Assembly (NCBI GenBank): GCA_950097015.1
Contig: CATNEN010000029.1
Coordinates: 2,728,001-2,792,000 of the forward strand
DNA: 64,000 nt
DNA from: Macrostomum hystrix
Lineage: Eukaryota > Animalia > Platyhelminthes
Reading direction: 5' to 3'
A program made the position numbers and the translations under genes. The notes below the pieces were generated by a model. The model saw nothing but the letters and a program-made list of their open reading frames with translations. It was not told the origin of the DNA and ran no database searches. The first letter of the stretch is position 1, and the number at the start of each line of letters is the position of its first letter. Of the stretch, positions 36,269 to 49,360 are shown piece by piece.

Positions 36269-36704
36269 CTACAAGGTCGCTTGTAAAATCAGTCGCCTCG
36301 CTGGTTTCATATTGCCGTAGAAATCGTAGATTCTTTGGCGCTTAGAAATGCTAGCTATTGGCAATGAAACTAGGGGAAATTTCAGCGCTGTTGCTATGGA
36401 AGTTTATTGCTATGCAAAGTCACGGTGCTGCTAGCAGGTATTTGGTTGCAGTGTGATTTGTATTTCCAAGGGCTAAAAATGCTGCGAACAGCTAAAGCCT
36501 CGGGATCTAGGGTGTAGGAACGCGTGTGACAGGGGATAAGTGAGAGTGGCAGGGGTTGTGAGACAGGGATTTATGATATTTCCATAAGGTCCAGGCCCAC
36601 AAAAAGGAGATAAAGGGGTAGAGAAGCATTGGAACAGCAGCCTAGACAGTGGATTTTGGATTTGCTTAAAACTTCCATGCCGGCAGTAACAACAGTCGTA
36701 CTGT

Positions 36705-37545
36705 GACTTATTGTCTCGTTGTGGGTTTTTGGCTCATTGTGGGTTTTTGTCTCGTTGTGGGTAAGTGACTCATTGTGGGTTTTTGGCTCATTGTGGGTAA
36801 GTGACTCATTGTGAGTTTTTGGCTCATTGTGGGTTAGTGACTCATTGTGGGTAAGTGACTCATTGTGGGTTAGTGACTCATTGTGGGTTAGTGACTCATT
36901 GTGGGTTAGTGACTCATTGTGGGTTTTTGGCTCATTGTGGGTTAGGGACTCATTGTGGGTCAGTGACTCATTGTGGGTTAGTGACTCATTGTGGGTTAGT
37001 GACTCATTGTGGGTTAGTGACTCATTGTGGGTTTTTGGCTCATTGTGGGTTAGTGACTCATTGTGGGTAAGTGACTAATTGTGGGTAAGTGACTCATTGT
37101 GGGTTTTTGGCTCATTGTGGGTTAGTGACTCATTGTGGGTAAGTGACTCATTGTGGGTTAGTGACTCATTGTGGGTAAGTGACTCATTGTGGGTTAGTGA
37201 CTCATTGTGAGTTAGTGACTCATTGTGGGTTAGTGACTCATTGTGGGTAAGTGACTCATTGTGGCTAAGTGACTCATTGTGGGTTTTTGGCTCATTGTGG
37301 GTTAGTGACTCATTGTGGGTTAGTGACTCATTGTGGGTTGGTGACTCATTGTGGGTTGGTGACTCATTGTGGGTTGGTGACTCATTGTGGGTTAGTGACT
37401 CATTGTGGGTAAGTGACTCATTGTGGGTAAGTGACTCATTGTGGGTTTTTGGCTCATTGTGGGTTAGTGACTCATTGTGGGTTAGTGACTCATTGTGGGT
37501 TGGTGACTCATTGTGGGTTGGTGACTCATTGTGGGTTTTTGACTC
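36705..37545. repeat. 18-bp minisatellite CTCATTGTGGGTTAGTGA
   Basis: Direct reading. Confidence 0.97.
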
Positions 37546-38146
37546 ACTGTTGAATGACCACCCTTTCTGAAACACAATGACAGCTTTGCACGCAGCCTTT
37601 AATACAATGGGCAACGTAGCTAGGTCTCATTTCAGAACCGATACGAACTGTCTTCAGAGCCATTATTTTTTGTCACTACGAGCGTATCCAACAAATTTTA
37701 TTCTCATTGGCAGATTTCGAATTGAACCTTTGCCTGCTTATTAAAGCAGAAATTTTGTTGTTGAAACGTGCTGTCGGGAAAAAAAGTAGGAAAATAATTG
37801 GTGGTCCCCACTTATCAATTTGGCCTTGGGGAGGAGGACTTTAATTAAAGGCGACAGCTGTTAGTCCCGAGTACTCCACTGTGGCCACTGCGCCAGCTAA
37901 TACACTGTTTCAATAGACCTTGTCATTGCGCTGACAAAGTTGTCATTATTTTTTAATTAGATTACATTCCGCTAGCTGGCGGGCCGCTGCTGAGATGTCG
38001 TGACGCAGTCGGTAAAGATCAAAAGACTAGGTTTGATTTTTAGATTAGTGCAAATCAGCAGTAAAAATGTAACGACAAATAACTTTCTGACTTGGTAATG
38101 AAGCAATTTGATATTTCTGATCAATAAGAAAGGGATTGAGTTATAG

Positions 38147-38489
<343 letters not shown>

Positions 38490-39014
38490 TAGGGAAAGTC
38501 TTATTTCCCTGGTTGCTTACAGTTTTAAGTTTCATAGGCCCATAGGCCACCGGTTCAGTAAAGTGAGAGGCAGGTCCCAATTTCCTTCCTCTAGCAAGTG
38601 AGTCCCGGAATTCTGAGCATGAGAATTGTCTGCCCGCCCCCCTGACCACTTTCTTGTCTCCGCGGTCGCAGCCTCAGCTTGAATGGCTCAGGGGTCAGTC
38701 CACTTTTCAGTGTGCGACGAGGCTAACAGACTCTGGTCTCCTTCTCATTCCAATTTCCTTAATTTTTATCCAATTATCCCTCCGGCGCAGTGTCCCCCTT
38801 ATAGCAGCCGTCCATTTCCCTCTCATGTGATCTCACTCCTAAGAAATTTATCCTCCCCACCTTTCTTTTCGCCGCCCACCGAAGTGGGAGAATGGATGGG
38901 AGGAGGAACAAGAAGTGTGATGCATTTTCTTGCACCACTTTGGCGCAGAGCCTCGCTGTCGAGAAATTCACGGCTTGCCTGGCAGGTGCGCTTGAGAAGC
39001 TTAGCTAAAATGGG

Positions 39015-39500
39015 ACATTTGACAGTATCTGATAGGGATTTGACAGTATCTGATAGGGATTTGACAGTATCTGATAGGGATTTGACAGTATCTGATAGGG
39101 ATTTGACAGTATCTGATAGGGATTTGACAGTATCTGATAGGGATTTGACAGTATCTGACAGGGATTTGACAGTATCTGATAGGGATTCGAAATTATCTGA
39201 TAGGGATTTGACAGTATCTGATAGGGATTTGACAGTATCTGATAGGGATTTGACAGAATCTGATAGGATTTTAACAGTATCTGATAGGGATTTGACAGTA
39301 TCTGATAGGATTTTAACAGCATCTGATAGGGATTTAACAGTATCTGTTAGGGATTTGACAGTATCTGTTAGGGATTTGACAGTATCTGTTAGGGATTTGA
39401 CAGTATCTGATAGGGATTTGACAGTATCTGACAGGGATTTGACAGTATCTGATAGGGACTCGAAATTATCTGATAGGGATATGAGAGGATCTGAAAATGA
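39015..39500. repeat. 21-bp minisatellite TTGACAGTATCTGATAGGGAT
   Basis: Direct reading. Confidence 0.96.
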
Positions 39501-40392
39501 TTTGGCAGTGTCAAATTAGGTTTTGACGGTCTCTGATAAGGATTTGTCATTCTTAATACTGGGGATTAGCAATCTTGATCAACAGGGTTTAAGTATTGCG
39601 AAAATGATTAACAGATTTTTTGATATGCTTATATTGGGTGAAATTTGAGTTTAGCGTGAGCACATTAATTCCAGTTGGGTTTTCCTTTTTTGGTGAATTG
39701 GCAACACTCTGGAAACCGCAGTTGTCACCTTGGCCCAGGCTAGCAGTGGAGAGAGAACCTCCAGAGAAAAAGACCTTATCGAAAAAACCGGGCCATTTGC
39801 ATAGTGAAGTTAGGCGGTGATTCAAGTGATTAACTTGATTAATGAACACCTCGGAAGCCAGCCAGGTCCACTCCCCCCACTCACTCTCACTCTCTCTAAC
39901 CCTCTAGTGTGTATCTGGAGACCCTGAGACATTGCCTGAACCCAGCTCTCTCTCTCTTTCTTGCTGGACTCACGGCTACATAAAAATAGTGCTTGGTTGA
40001 CCGACTCAGTGCACACACTACACACGCAGGCAACCGCGGCCACCTGTCACAGCTAGTTACTATAAGCTGACTTGTCAGGGAGTAGAACTGCGTAGCCACG
40101 GTTCTGTCAGTTAAGGAGGCCGCTGTGTTGGGGATCGATTCTTGACCAGCGTATGGGGGTGGCGTGTTTCATCCTCTCTCCTACCATCTTTCTTCTGTTC
40201 CTGGCACTTCCAAGTTTTTTTGACGCCTTTCAATCCCACAATCTCTCACACCACCCCATCTGCTGCCCACTCAGTTATTGCTGACAGAGGGTGGCAACTC
40301 TTATTGATTTCTTGCATCACTGACTGCTCTGAGGATTGACTAATTAACTGCCGTATGTTGTTTGGTTTATGATGTTGTGCTGCTGCTGCTAG

Positions 40393-41765
40393 CGAGAATG
40401 GTAGACTGAGAATGGTAGACTGAGAATGGTAGACTGAGAACGGTAGACTGAGAATGGTAGATTGAGAATGGTAGACTGCGAAGGGAAGAATGGTAGACTA
40501 AGAATGGAAGAATGGTAGACTTGGAATCGTAGACTGAGAATGGTAGACTGAGAATGGCAGACTGAGAATGGTAGAATGAGAATGGCAGACTGAGAATGGT
40601 AGACTGAGAATGGAAGAATGGTAGACTGAGAATAGAAGAATGGCAGACTGAGAATGGTAGAATGAGAATGGTAGACTGAGAATGGTAGACTGAGAATGAA
40701 AGAATGGTAGACTGAGAATAGAAGAATGGTAGACTAAGAATGGAAGAATGGTAGACTTGGAATGGTAGACTGAGAATGGTAGACTGAGAATGGCAGACAG
40801 AGAATGGCAGACTAAGAAGGGAAGAATGGTAGACTAAGAATGGAAGAATGGTAGACTAAGAATAGAAGAATGGTAGACTTGGAATGGTAGACTGCGAAGG
40901 GAAGAATGGTAGACTAAGAATGGAAGAATGGTAGACTTGGAATCGTAGACTGAGAATGGTAGACTGAGAATGGCAGACTGAGAATGGTAGAATGAGAATG
41001 GCAGACTGAGAATGGTAGACTGCGAAGGGAAGAATGGTAGACTAAGAATGGAAGAATGGTAGACTTGGCATCGTAGACTGAGAATGGTAGACTGAGAATG
41101 GCAGACTGAGAATGGTAGAATGAGAATGGTAGACTGAGAATGGTAGACTGAGAATAGAAGAATGGTAGACTGAGAATGGAAGAATGGTAGACTTGGAATC
41201 GTAGACTGAGAATGGCAGACTGAGAATGGCAGACTGAGAATGTTAGGCTGAGAATGTTAGGCTGAGAATGTTAGGCTGAGAATGGTAGACTGAGAAGGGA
41301 AGAATGGTAGACTGAGAATAGAAGAATGGTAGACTGAGAATGGAAGAATGGTAGACTGAGAATGGAAGAATGGTAGACTGAGAATGGAAGAATGGTAGAC
41401 TGAGAATGGTAGACTGAGAATGTTAGACTGAGAATGGTAGACTGAGAATGGTAGACTGAGAATGGTAGACTGAGAATGGTAGACTGAGAATGGTAGACTG
41501 AGAATGGCAGACTGAGAATGTTAGGCTGAGAATGGTAGACTGAGAATGGTAGACTGAGAATGGTAGACTGAGAATGGTAGACTGAGAATGGTAGACTGAG
41601 AATGGTAGAATGAGAATGGTAGACTGAGAATGGCAGACTGAGAATGGTAGACTGAGAATGGTAGACTGAGAATGTTAGACTGAGAATGGTAGACTGAGAA
41701 TGGTAGACTGAGAATGGTAGACTGAGAATGGTAGACTGAGAATGGTAGACTGAGAATGGTAGACT
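40393..41765. repeat. 14-bp minisatellite GAGAATGGTAGACT with longer GAATGGAAGAATGG variants
   Basis: Direct reading. Confidence 0.97.
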
Positions 41766-42305
41766 GGTGCTCAGAGAGTGCTTACTAGATGGGAGTACTT
41801 TGCCAGTTTGATTTTCGCAAACGACGCATCTGTGTAGATCTAAAAGCTCTCCCAGGATTGTCTTTTCTGAGAAATTCTATTATTTTTCCGTTGCCTAGAA
41901 ATAGTTCCCGACTGTTTCGACAATGACGTGGGTGGGGGAGATTTCATTTTTTCGACCGCTCAGATCTTCGATCCGACCAGCTTCCGTGTTTCGTAGAAAA
42001 GGAGTGAGAAGACTCGAGAGAGAGATAGAGAGAGGACAGCGCGAAAATCAAAGAACTAATCCCATGTACGATCTGACTAATCAATGAGGCTGAAACCAAT
42101 TGAAACAGAACGCGACACAGCGGGGGGGTCTCGTGTTCTGAGCGATGAGCTGTGAAATTCTAGGAGACAGTTCCCAGCGGCAGAGGCCTAGTTCTTGTTG
42201 TCAAGCCTGTTTATTAAAGTGCTCTCTCTGCTCGTCTATTTCTGCCTAAACCCATCCTGAAGAACTTCCGCCAAGCATCTGGAGGCCGCAGCTTTATAAG
42301 GAGAG

Positions 42306-42738
42306 ATGGAGGGAGAGGCGGAGGGAGAGGCGGAGGGAGAGGCGGAGGGAGAGGCGGAGGGAGAGGCGGAGGGAGAGGCGGAGGGAAAGGCGGAGGGAGA
42401 GGCGGAGGGAGAGGCGGAGGGAGAGGCGGAGGGAGAGGCGGAGGGAGAGGCGGAGGGAGAGGCGGAGGGAGAGGCGGAGGGAGAGGCGGAGGGAGAGGCG
42501 GAGGGAGAGGCGGAGGGAGAGGCGGAGGGAGAGGCGGAGGGAGAGGCGGAGGGAGAGGCGGAGGGAGAGGCGGAGGGAGAGGCGGAGGGAGAGGCGGAGG
42601 GAGAGGCGGAGGCAGAGGCGGAGGGAGAGGCGGAGGCAGAGGCGGAGGGAGAGGCGGAGGGAGAGGCGGAGGGAGAGGCGGAGGGAGAGGGTGAGGGAGA
42701 GGCGGAGGGAGAGAGGGAGAGAGGGAGGGCGGAGGGAG
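42306..42738. repeat. 12-bp purine-rich repeat GGAGGGAGAGGC (~35 copies)
   Basis: Direct reading; source of the spurious (LPPP)n and (EAEG)n ORFs. Confidence 0.98.
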
Positions 42739-43845
42739 AGGGGAGTTTAACAAATTGATGGAGTTTTTTAAAGTATTTAACAAAACTGCTTGTCGCCAGC
42801 AGGGTCTAAATGTGCGACTACCTTATGTATCTATCAGACACAGATCCTATTACTACCAGTTTGCTCTGTTTTAGATGTTTTATATGCATCCTTTTCGATC
42901 TAGCCTACATTTTCTCTGCTTTCGCTTTTCCACTGGACTAACTTTGCCACTTACAAAGCCTTTTTAAATCGCACGGAATTTTATCCTCTCTGCTCTTTCT
43001 CCTATTTGTGAAATCCCCTCTAGTTGAGGTCTTCTGTTGCCAGTTGGCAAATTTTGTGAGCACACTCTCTGTCTGCTCAGCCGGGTTTGAATTCCCCCCT
43101 GTCCCTCCGGGCGATGAGTCTCGGGTCTCTGATTTCGGCTGTCGTCGGGAAAAGATCGAGAGGGATTAGAAATCGATTCCCTGGCCTTCTGGGGCATGAA
43201 AGTAAGAGCCGCCATGTCCTGGTGGCTGGCCTGCAGCAGTCAATTAAACTTTTGCGCTTCATTTAACTACAAATTGGTCGCTTCTACGCGATACTTAAAG
43301 AGGCCTGGACACATGCTGAGACGGGAATGTGAGGGGTGCATCGCCAAGAACAATTTAGGACCCGCTAGTAGCTGCGTAAGTTGGTTACGAGCTAAATTAT
43401 AGAAAATAAATCTTAGAGACTGCGAGACAATGCAATAACAACAAAGTCAACTGGTCAAGCGATTTTGTGTGTGTACACAGCAGGACCACCTGGCTGGTGG
43501 TTGTTAAATTTTGCCTTGTTAAATCTGCGATTTCCAATCAGAAAGACATTGTATTGCAGAAGGCCGAGCCGGTGTAGTGACTAGCAGACAATTTTTGCGC
43601 TTATCTACACTGAAGAATCTGCTTTTGCACATTCGAAAATTTGTCACCTATAGCTACCAAGCGAAATAGAACTTTTTATTCGTTTTTTTTACTTTTTTGC
43701 TGTGCTAGATCAATCAATGTAAATAAGATTTTCGCGCACTGCGTCTTCAACATTCAGGTAGATCTCATGGTTGGATTTGAATCCATCAGGTTCGACTTAG
43801 GGGAATTGCTTCATGGTGGTCTACAAAATCCTCTCTATCTCTGCC

Positions 43846-44710
43846 CTAGTTCTCCCCTTGATCCGTCAGCATCCCCTGTCCTAGTTCTCCCCTTCATCCG
43901 TCAGCATCCCATGTCCTAGTTCTCCCCATCATCTGTCACCATCCCCTGTCCTAGTTCTCCCCTTCATCTGTCAGCATTCCCTGTCCTAGTTCTCCCCTTC
44001 ATCTGTCAGCATCCCCTGTCCTAGTTCTCCCCTTCATCTGTCAGCATCCCATGGTCCCCTAGTTCTCCCCTTCATCTGTCAGCATCCATGTCCTAGTTCT
44101 CCCTATCTGTCAGCATCCCCTGTCCTAGTTCTCCCCATCATCTGTCAGCATCCCCTGTCCTAGTTCTCCCCTTCATCTGTCAGCATCCCCTGTCCTAGTT
44201 CTCCCCTTCATCTGTCAGCATCCCCTGTCCTAGTTCTCCCCTTCATCTGTCAGCATCCCCTGTCCTAGTTCTCCCCTTCATCTGTCAGCATCCCATGTCC
44301 TAGTTCTCCCCTTCATCTGTCAGCATCCCCTGTCCTAGTTCTCCCCATCATCTGTCAGCATCCCCTGTTCTAGTTCTCCCATCATCTGTCAGCATCCCCT
44401 GTCCTAGTTTCTCCCCTTCATCTGTCAGCATCCCCTGTCCTAGTTCTCCCCTTCATCTGTCAGCATCCCATGTCCTAGTTCTCCCCTTCATCTGTCAGCA
44501 TCCCCTGTCCTAGTTCTCCCCATCATCTGTCAGCATCCCCTGTTCTAGTTCTCCCATCATCTGTCAGCATCCCCTGTCCTAGTTCTCCCCTTCATCTGCC
44601 AGCATCCCCTGTCCTAGTTCTCCCCTTCATCTGTCAGTATCCCATGTCCTAGTTCTCCTCTTCATCTGTCAGCATCCCCTGTCCTAGTACTCCCCATCAT
44701 CTGTCAGTAT
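43846..44710. repeat. 35-bp minisatellite CATCTGTCAGCATCCCCTGTCCTAGTTCTCCCCTT
   Basis: Direct reading. Confidence 0.96.
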
Positions 44711-45147
44711 CCGCTGCTCACGATTCAGTTTTACTTCCTGACAATTTCCTGCCTGAGCTTCAACCGCCGCGCCCTGTCAGTTGTAGAATATATGAAAATA
44801 CCATTAAAAGTAACTACAGAAACGAAACGTACTATATATATACAATGGCTAAGTTTTAGGACCACATGCACAGAGACACAGAAACCAATACTAATTTTTG
44901 AGAGCAAGCACAATCACACTGAGCTCTTTATTTGCGAGTGACAGGGCGTGATGAAAGGCCTGTGGACCCAACCCATTCTCTCCGTTGTCCCATCTGCAGC
45001 AGCGGAAAGTATTAATTAGTCATTTGAACGGCAAGGACCAATTTTCAGCACAGCTAGTTGGCTTTTGACAAGACCGAGTGAGAGAGGAAAAACACACAGA
45101 GAAAATTCGCACTTCAAACGAATAAATATATATATTCTGTATATAAA

Positions 45148-46252
45148 CAATACGTATACTGGTGATATACTAGGGTGGATTTTATGTGTGACACAAATGC
45201 GAGTTTGATTAATCGATTATATAAAATGCGACACAATAATACAAATTAAATAACAGACACACGCATTTGGAGGCCTAGTTATTTAAGAAAATTAATATCA
45301 TTAAAACTCCTTCCCAAAAACGCTCGCTGATTGGATGGCGCCATACTGTATTTATTGATTTTAAACTATTTTTCGTCCCCTGAAACGTCGTTGATTGGTT
45401 GTCAGCTAAATTGTGCGACCCCAGCGTGCAAATAGCGCTAGCCAATCAGGAAATGTTCAGGAGGTACAAAAAGTGGATTATTGCATTCGGTTTGCAAAAA
45501 AGAACAAGCTAGCCAAAAAAATATTCTCCCATGAGAATGGTATGAGATCTCCTGTGAGAATGGTATGAGATCTCCTGTGAGAATGGTATGAGATCTCCTG
45601 TGAGAATGGTATGAGATCTCCTGTAAGAATGGTATGAGATCTCCTGTGAGAATGGTATGAGATCTCCTGTGAGAATGGTATGAGATCTCCTGTGAGAATG
45701 GTATGAGATCTCCTGTGAGAATGGTATGAGATCTCCTGTGAGATTGGTATGATATCTCTGATGAGATTGGTATGATATCTCTGATGAGATTAGTATGAAA
45801 TGTCTAATGAAATTGGTATAATATCTCTTTTGAGACTTTGAGATCTGTATGAGATCTAAGACTTTGGTATGTCATATTCAATGAGATTGGTGTAAGATCA
45901 ATATTGAGATAAGTGTATACTGTATGTACACAATACGTATACTGGTGATATACTAGGGTGGATTTTAGGTGTGACATATGCGCGCTAATTAATCTGAGTT
46001 TGATTAATCGATTATATAAAATGCGATACAATAATACAAATTAAATAACTGACACACGCACTTGGAGGCCTAGTTATTTAAGAAAATTAATATCATTAAA
46101 ACTCTTTCCCAAAAACGCTCGCTGATTGGATGGCGCCATACTGTATTTATTGATTTTAAACTCTCTTTCATCCCCTGAAACTTTGCTGATTGGTTGTCAG
46201 TTAAATTGTGCGACTCCAACGTGCAAATAGCCAATCAGGAAAAGTTCAGGAG
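45148..46252. repeat. Pair of ~320-bp direct repeats (45148-45463 and 45931-46252), with a 23-bp array GAGAATGGTATGAGATCTCCTGT (45530-45800) between them
   Basis: The copies align by eye at high identity with small indels. Each carries CTGATTGGATGGCGCCAT, GATTGGTTG and GCCAATCAG motifs. Confidence 0.9.
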
Positions 46253-46369
46253 ATAAAATTGCTCTTGCCAATCAGCAAACAAGTCGAAGATATAATATTA
46301 ATAATTTACCTGCATATGTTAAATAAATTTCCAACAAATATAAACATGAGCTCATTTCTGAACCTTCAG

Positions 46370-49360
46370 GCTGCCTGAGAACACCGGCAGTGGCATCCGC
46401 TGCTGACAGCTGCTCTGTCGGCGAGAGCTGGAGAGCCTGCAGGCAGGTCTATCCAAATGTGCAGCTGTCTCAGAGTCCGTACAATTTCGATTGGAATCCA
46501 TTGGAGAGCCTGCGAGAGATGTGCAGGTTAGGATTTACCATAGACAGTCCGGTTGCCAACAAGACGCTAACAATGTCTCCAATGAAATACATTCCAGACA
46601 CAGAGACCACGTGAAACTGTTGAAATGTCTGCACGACACGCTGAGCCAAAACTGCGACGGCCAGAAGGACTATTCGTACTTCATATTCCAGACGGTGATG
46701 GACTACCGCCGCTACGAGAGGGCCGCTGACTTTATCTGCCAGGAGAGCAACATTGAAAGTGAGCCGCTTTGCGCTTCTAGGTGGAGCTTGAAGTTTCGAA
46801 ATGGAGTTTCGGGAACGCCTTTTGGTCGATTTTCGGGTTGGTTCATTGTTCGAGTTTCGGTTTGGTTTTCGGTGGAGTTTCGGTTTGGTTTTCGGTGGAG
46901 TTTCAGTTTGGTTTTCGGTGGTGATTCGGTTTGATTTTCTTTGGAGTTTCTGTTTTTTGTTTTCGGTGGAGTTTCGGTTTGGTTTTCGGTGGAGTTTCGG
47001 TTTGGTTTTCGGTGGAGTTTCGGTTTGGTTTTCGGTGGAGTTTCGGTTTGGTTTTCGGTGTAGTTTCGGTTTCGTTTTCGGTGGAGTTTCAGTTTCATTT
47101 TCGGTGGTGATTTGGTTTGATTTTCTGTGGAGTTTCTGTTTGTTGTTATCTGTGGATTTTCGGTTTGGTTTTCGGTGGAGTTTTGGTTTGTTTTTCAGTT
47201 CGAGTTTCGGTTTGGTTTTTTGTGGAGTTTTTGTTTTTTGTTGTCGGTGGAGTTTCGGTTTGGTGGAGTTTCGGTTTGGTTTTCGGTGGAGTTTCTGTTT
47301 GGTTTTCGGTTCGAGTTTCGGTTTGGTTTTCGGTGGATTTTCGGCTTGGTTTTCGGTGGAGTTTCGGTTTGGTTTTCGGTGGAGTTTCGGTTTAGTTTTC
47401 GGTGGAGTTTCGGTTCGGTTTTCGGAAAAAAGCAACAGCCAAAGAGTGTGCATTTCAACATTTTTGCCCCATTCGCCCCTCAGTCTACGAGCGCAGCCGC
47501 GGCTGCCTGGGCCACTTCCAAGAAGACGTGCTGCCCTGCGCCAAGAAGCGAACACTCAGCGACACCATGAAGGCAGCGGGCGAAGATATTCAGCGAGCTC
47601 TGAGCGACCAATCGGAAGACACACGGGGCATCCGCACCGACAAGGCCGCCATGCTGCAGTTCATGGAGCGCAAGATAAAACAGAAACTGTGCGCGTAAGT
47701 CAGCCTCCTTATCTGTGATGTCTGCGCTGTGTCGTCAGCCTCCTTATCTGTGATGTCTGTGATGTGTCGTCAGCCTTCTTATATCTATTATGTCTCTGCA
47801 GTGTCGTGAGCCTCCTTATCTGTGATGTCTGCGCTGTGTCGTCAGCCTCCTTATCTGTGATGTCTGCGCTGTGTCGTCAGCCTCCTTATCTGTGATGTCT
47901 GCGCTGTGTCGTCAGCCTCCTTATCTGTGATGTCTCTTCAGTGTCGTCAGCCTCCTTATCTGTGATGTCTCTTCAGTGTCGTCAGCCTCCTTATCTGTGA
48001 TGTCTCTTCAGTGTCGTCAGCCTCCTTATCTTTGATCTCTGATGTGATATGTGATGTCTGCGCTGTGTCGTCAGCCTCCTTATCTGTGAGGTCCCTACTG
48101 CTGATGAAGAAAGCAGTTAATCGAATATTTGAAGCCTAAATATTCATGCCTTATATAAACTTTTTTGATGTGCTCAAAGTGGAGCAGTAAAATAATCTTT
48201 TTGCATAGCAACTAGGCTAATCAAAGGCAGTCGGAAATAATAGGCCATTGCCAGTAGAGAACTGCATAGCAAAGTTGCTGAATAATTTGAATGGATCCTG
48301 CAGTAAGTAGACTAGAAAAAAATTGTTTTTAAACTGTGCTCAAGCCAAACTCTCCGGTTGATTGGACTCTCCCTCGATTCTCAATTTATCTGAGCAGCGG
48401 AGAACCTCAGTGGCTGGTGCTGTGTCTCAAAACTTTTTTATCGCTTTTAAGATGACGGAGACTGGCCCTATGATGGAGATATATCCCTCCAGGGCAGCAG
48501 GGAAATCAATGCTGCCGCCTTCATTAAGTTAGTTAGGAAAAGTTATAACTAAAGCTAGTATGCTACTGCGGGAAACGTTTTTCAAAACGAGCCTTAATTA
48601 GAAAAGATAAAGCATCATGGGTCTAATTATGGGTCAGAAACTTCAATTGCAAACACAACTAACTTGATGCTTTTGAACCCCCACAGCTCACAGTCCCCAG
48701 CTTCATCAGCAACACACAGCTCACAGTCCCCAGCTTCATCAGAAACCCACAGCTCACAGTCCCCAGCTTCATCAGCTCACAGTCCCCAGCTTCATCAGCT
48801 CACAGTCCCCAGCTTCATAAGCAACACACAGCTCACAATCCCCAGCTTCATCAGCTCACAAGCCCCAGCTTCATCAGCTCACAATCACCAGCTTCATCAG
48901 CAACCCACAGCTCACAGTCCCCCAGCTTCATCAGCAACACACAGCTCAAAATTCATAGTTCAGAAAGTATATGTAAGCAACTTGAATGTCGAAAGCTATT
49001 CGATAATGTAACTAATTTCGCAGGGACCGTCGAGTGATGATCTCATGCGTGGAACGGACTCTACTCAATGACAGGCAGTTGTGCCCAAGCGCCAGCATTG
49101 GCCTAGTGACTAGCTACTATGCCCTGCTGCTGCCAAAGAGCTGCAACTATGTCTGGCTGGCTCCTCCTAGTGAAGCGGTCGGCGAAGCCACTTTGTCAAC
49201 GCAGCGTCGTCTGGATGCTCGCCAATCAGGAGCCGACTTCGGCTACGGAACTGGCAGTGTTCGCAGCGGGGACCTAGATCGCAGTGGGGCTAGTGCTGGG
49301 GTGTCGCTGGCTAACACCGTTTCATTGGCAGTCGCCGCCGCCATCAGATTCCTGGTGTAG
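46370..49360 (+). CDS. Cysteine-rich, probably secreted/GPI-anchored protein (two 6-Cys modules); 5' exon not fixed
   Basis: Exons 46370-46526, 46598-46758, 47484-47694 and 49024-49360 join GT-AG in consistent phase (2,1,2) into ~288 codons. The protein ends SGASAGVSLANTVSLAVAAAIRFLV*, with small residues followed by a hydrophobic tail. Cys pattern: SC..AC..MC..KC..NC..IC / GC..PC..LC..SC..LC..SC. Confidence 0.85.
46803..47426. repeat. 23-bp G/T-rich intronic minisatellite GGAGTTTCGGTTTGGTTTTCGGT
   Basis: Direct reading; it fills the intron between exons ending 46758 and starting 47484. Confidence 0.94.
47698..48088. repeat. 35-bp intronic minisatellite GTCAGCCTCCTTATCTGTGATGTCTGCGCTGTGTC
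   Basis: Direct reading; the first unit overlaps the GTAAGT donor. Confidence 0.94.
48680..48950. repeat. Degenerate CACAGTCCCCAGCTTCATCAGCT intronic repeat
   Basis: Direct reading. Confidence 0.88.

Noticed and set aside
36705-37545. GGGTTAG within the 18-bp unit as an interstitial telomere
   Set aside because: There is only one partial TTAGGG-like permutation per unit and no (TTAGGG)n run.
38520-38650. GAGRQFSCSEFRDSLARG as a Gypsy integrase core fragment
   Set aside because: The catalytic Asp motif is missing, there is a stop just upstream, and no other pol motifs or LTRs are present.
42214-42783. 189-aa polyproline (extensin/formin-like) ORF
   Set aside because: It is a translation of the 12-bp purine repeat; no splice context links it to a gene.
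46470-47718. 361-aa Lys/Pro/Thr-rich and 305-aa Phe/Gly-rich ORFs
   Set aside because: They are read-throughs of the intronic 23-bp array; the true exons are in other frames.
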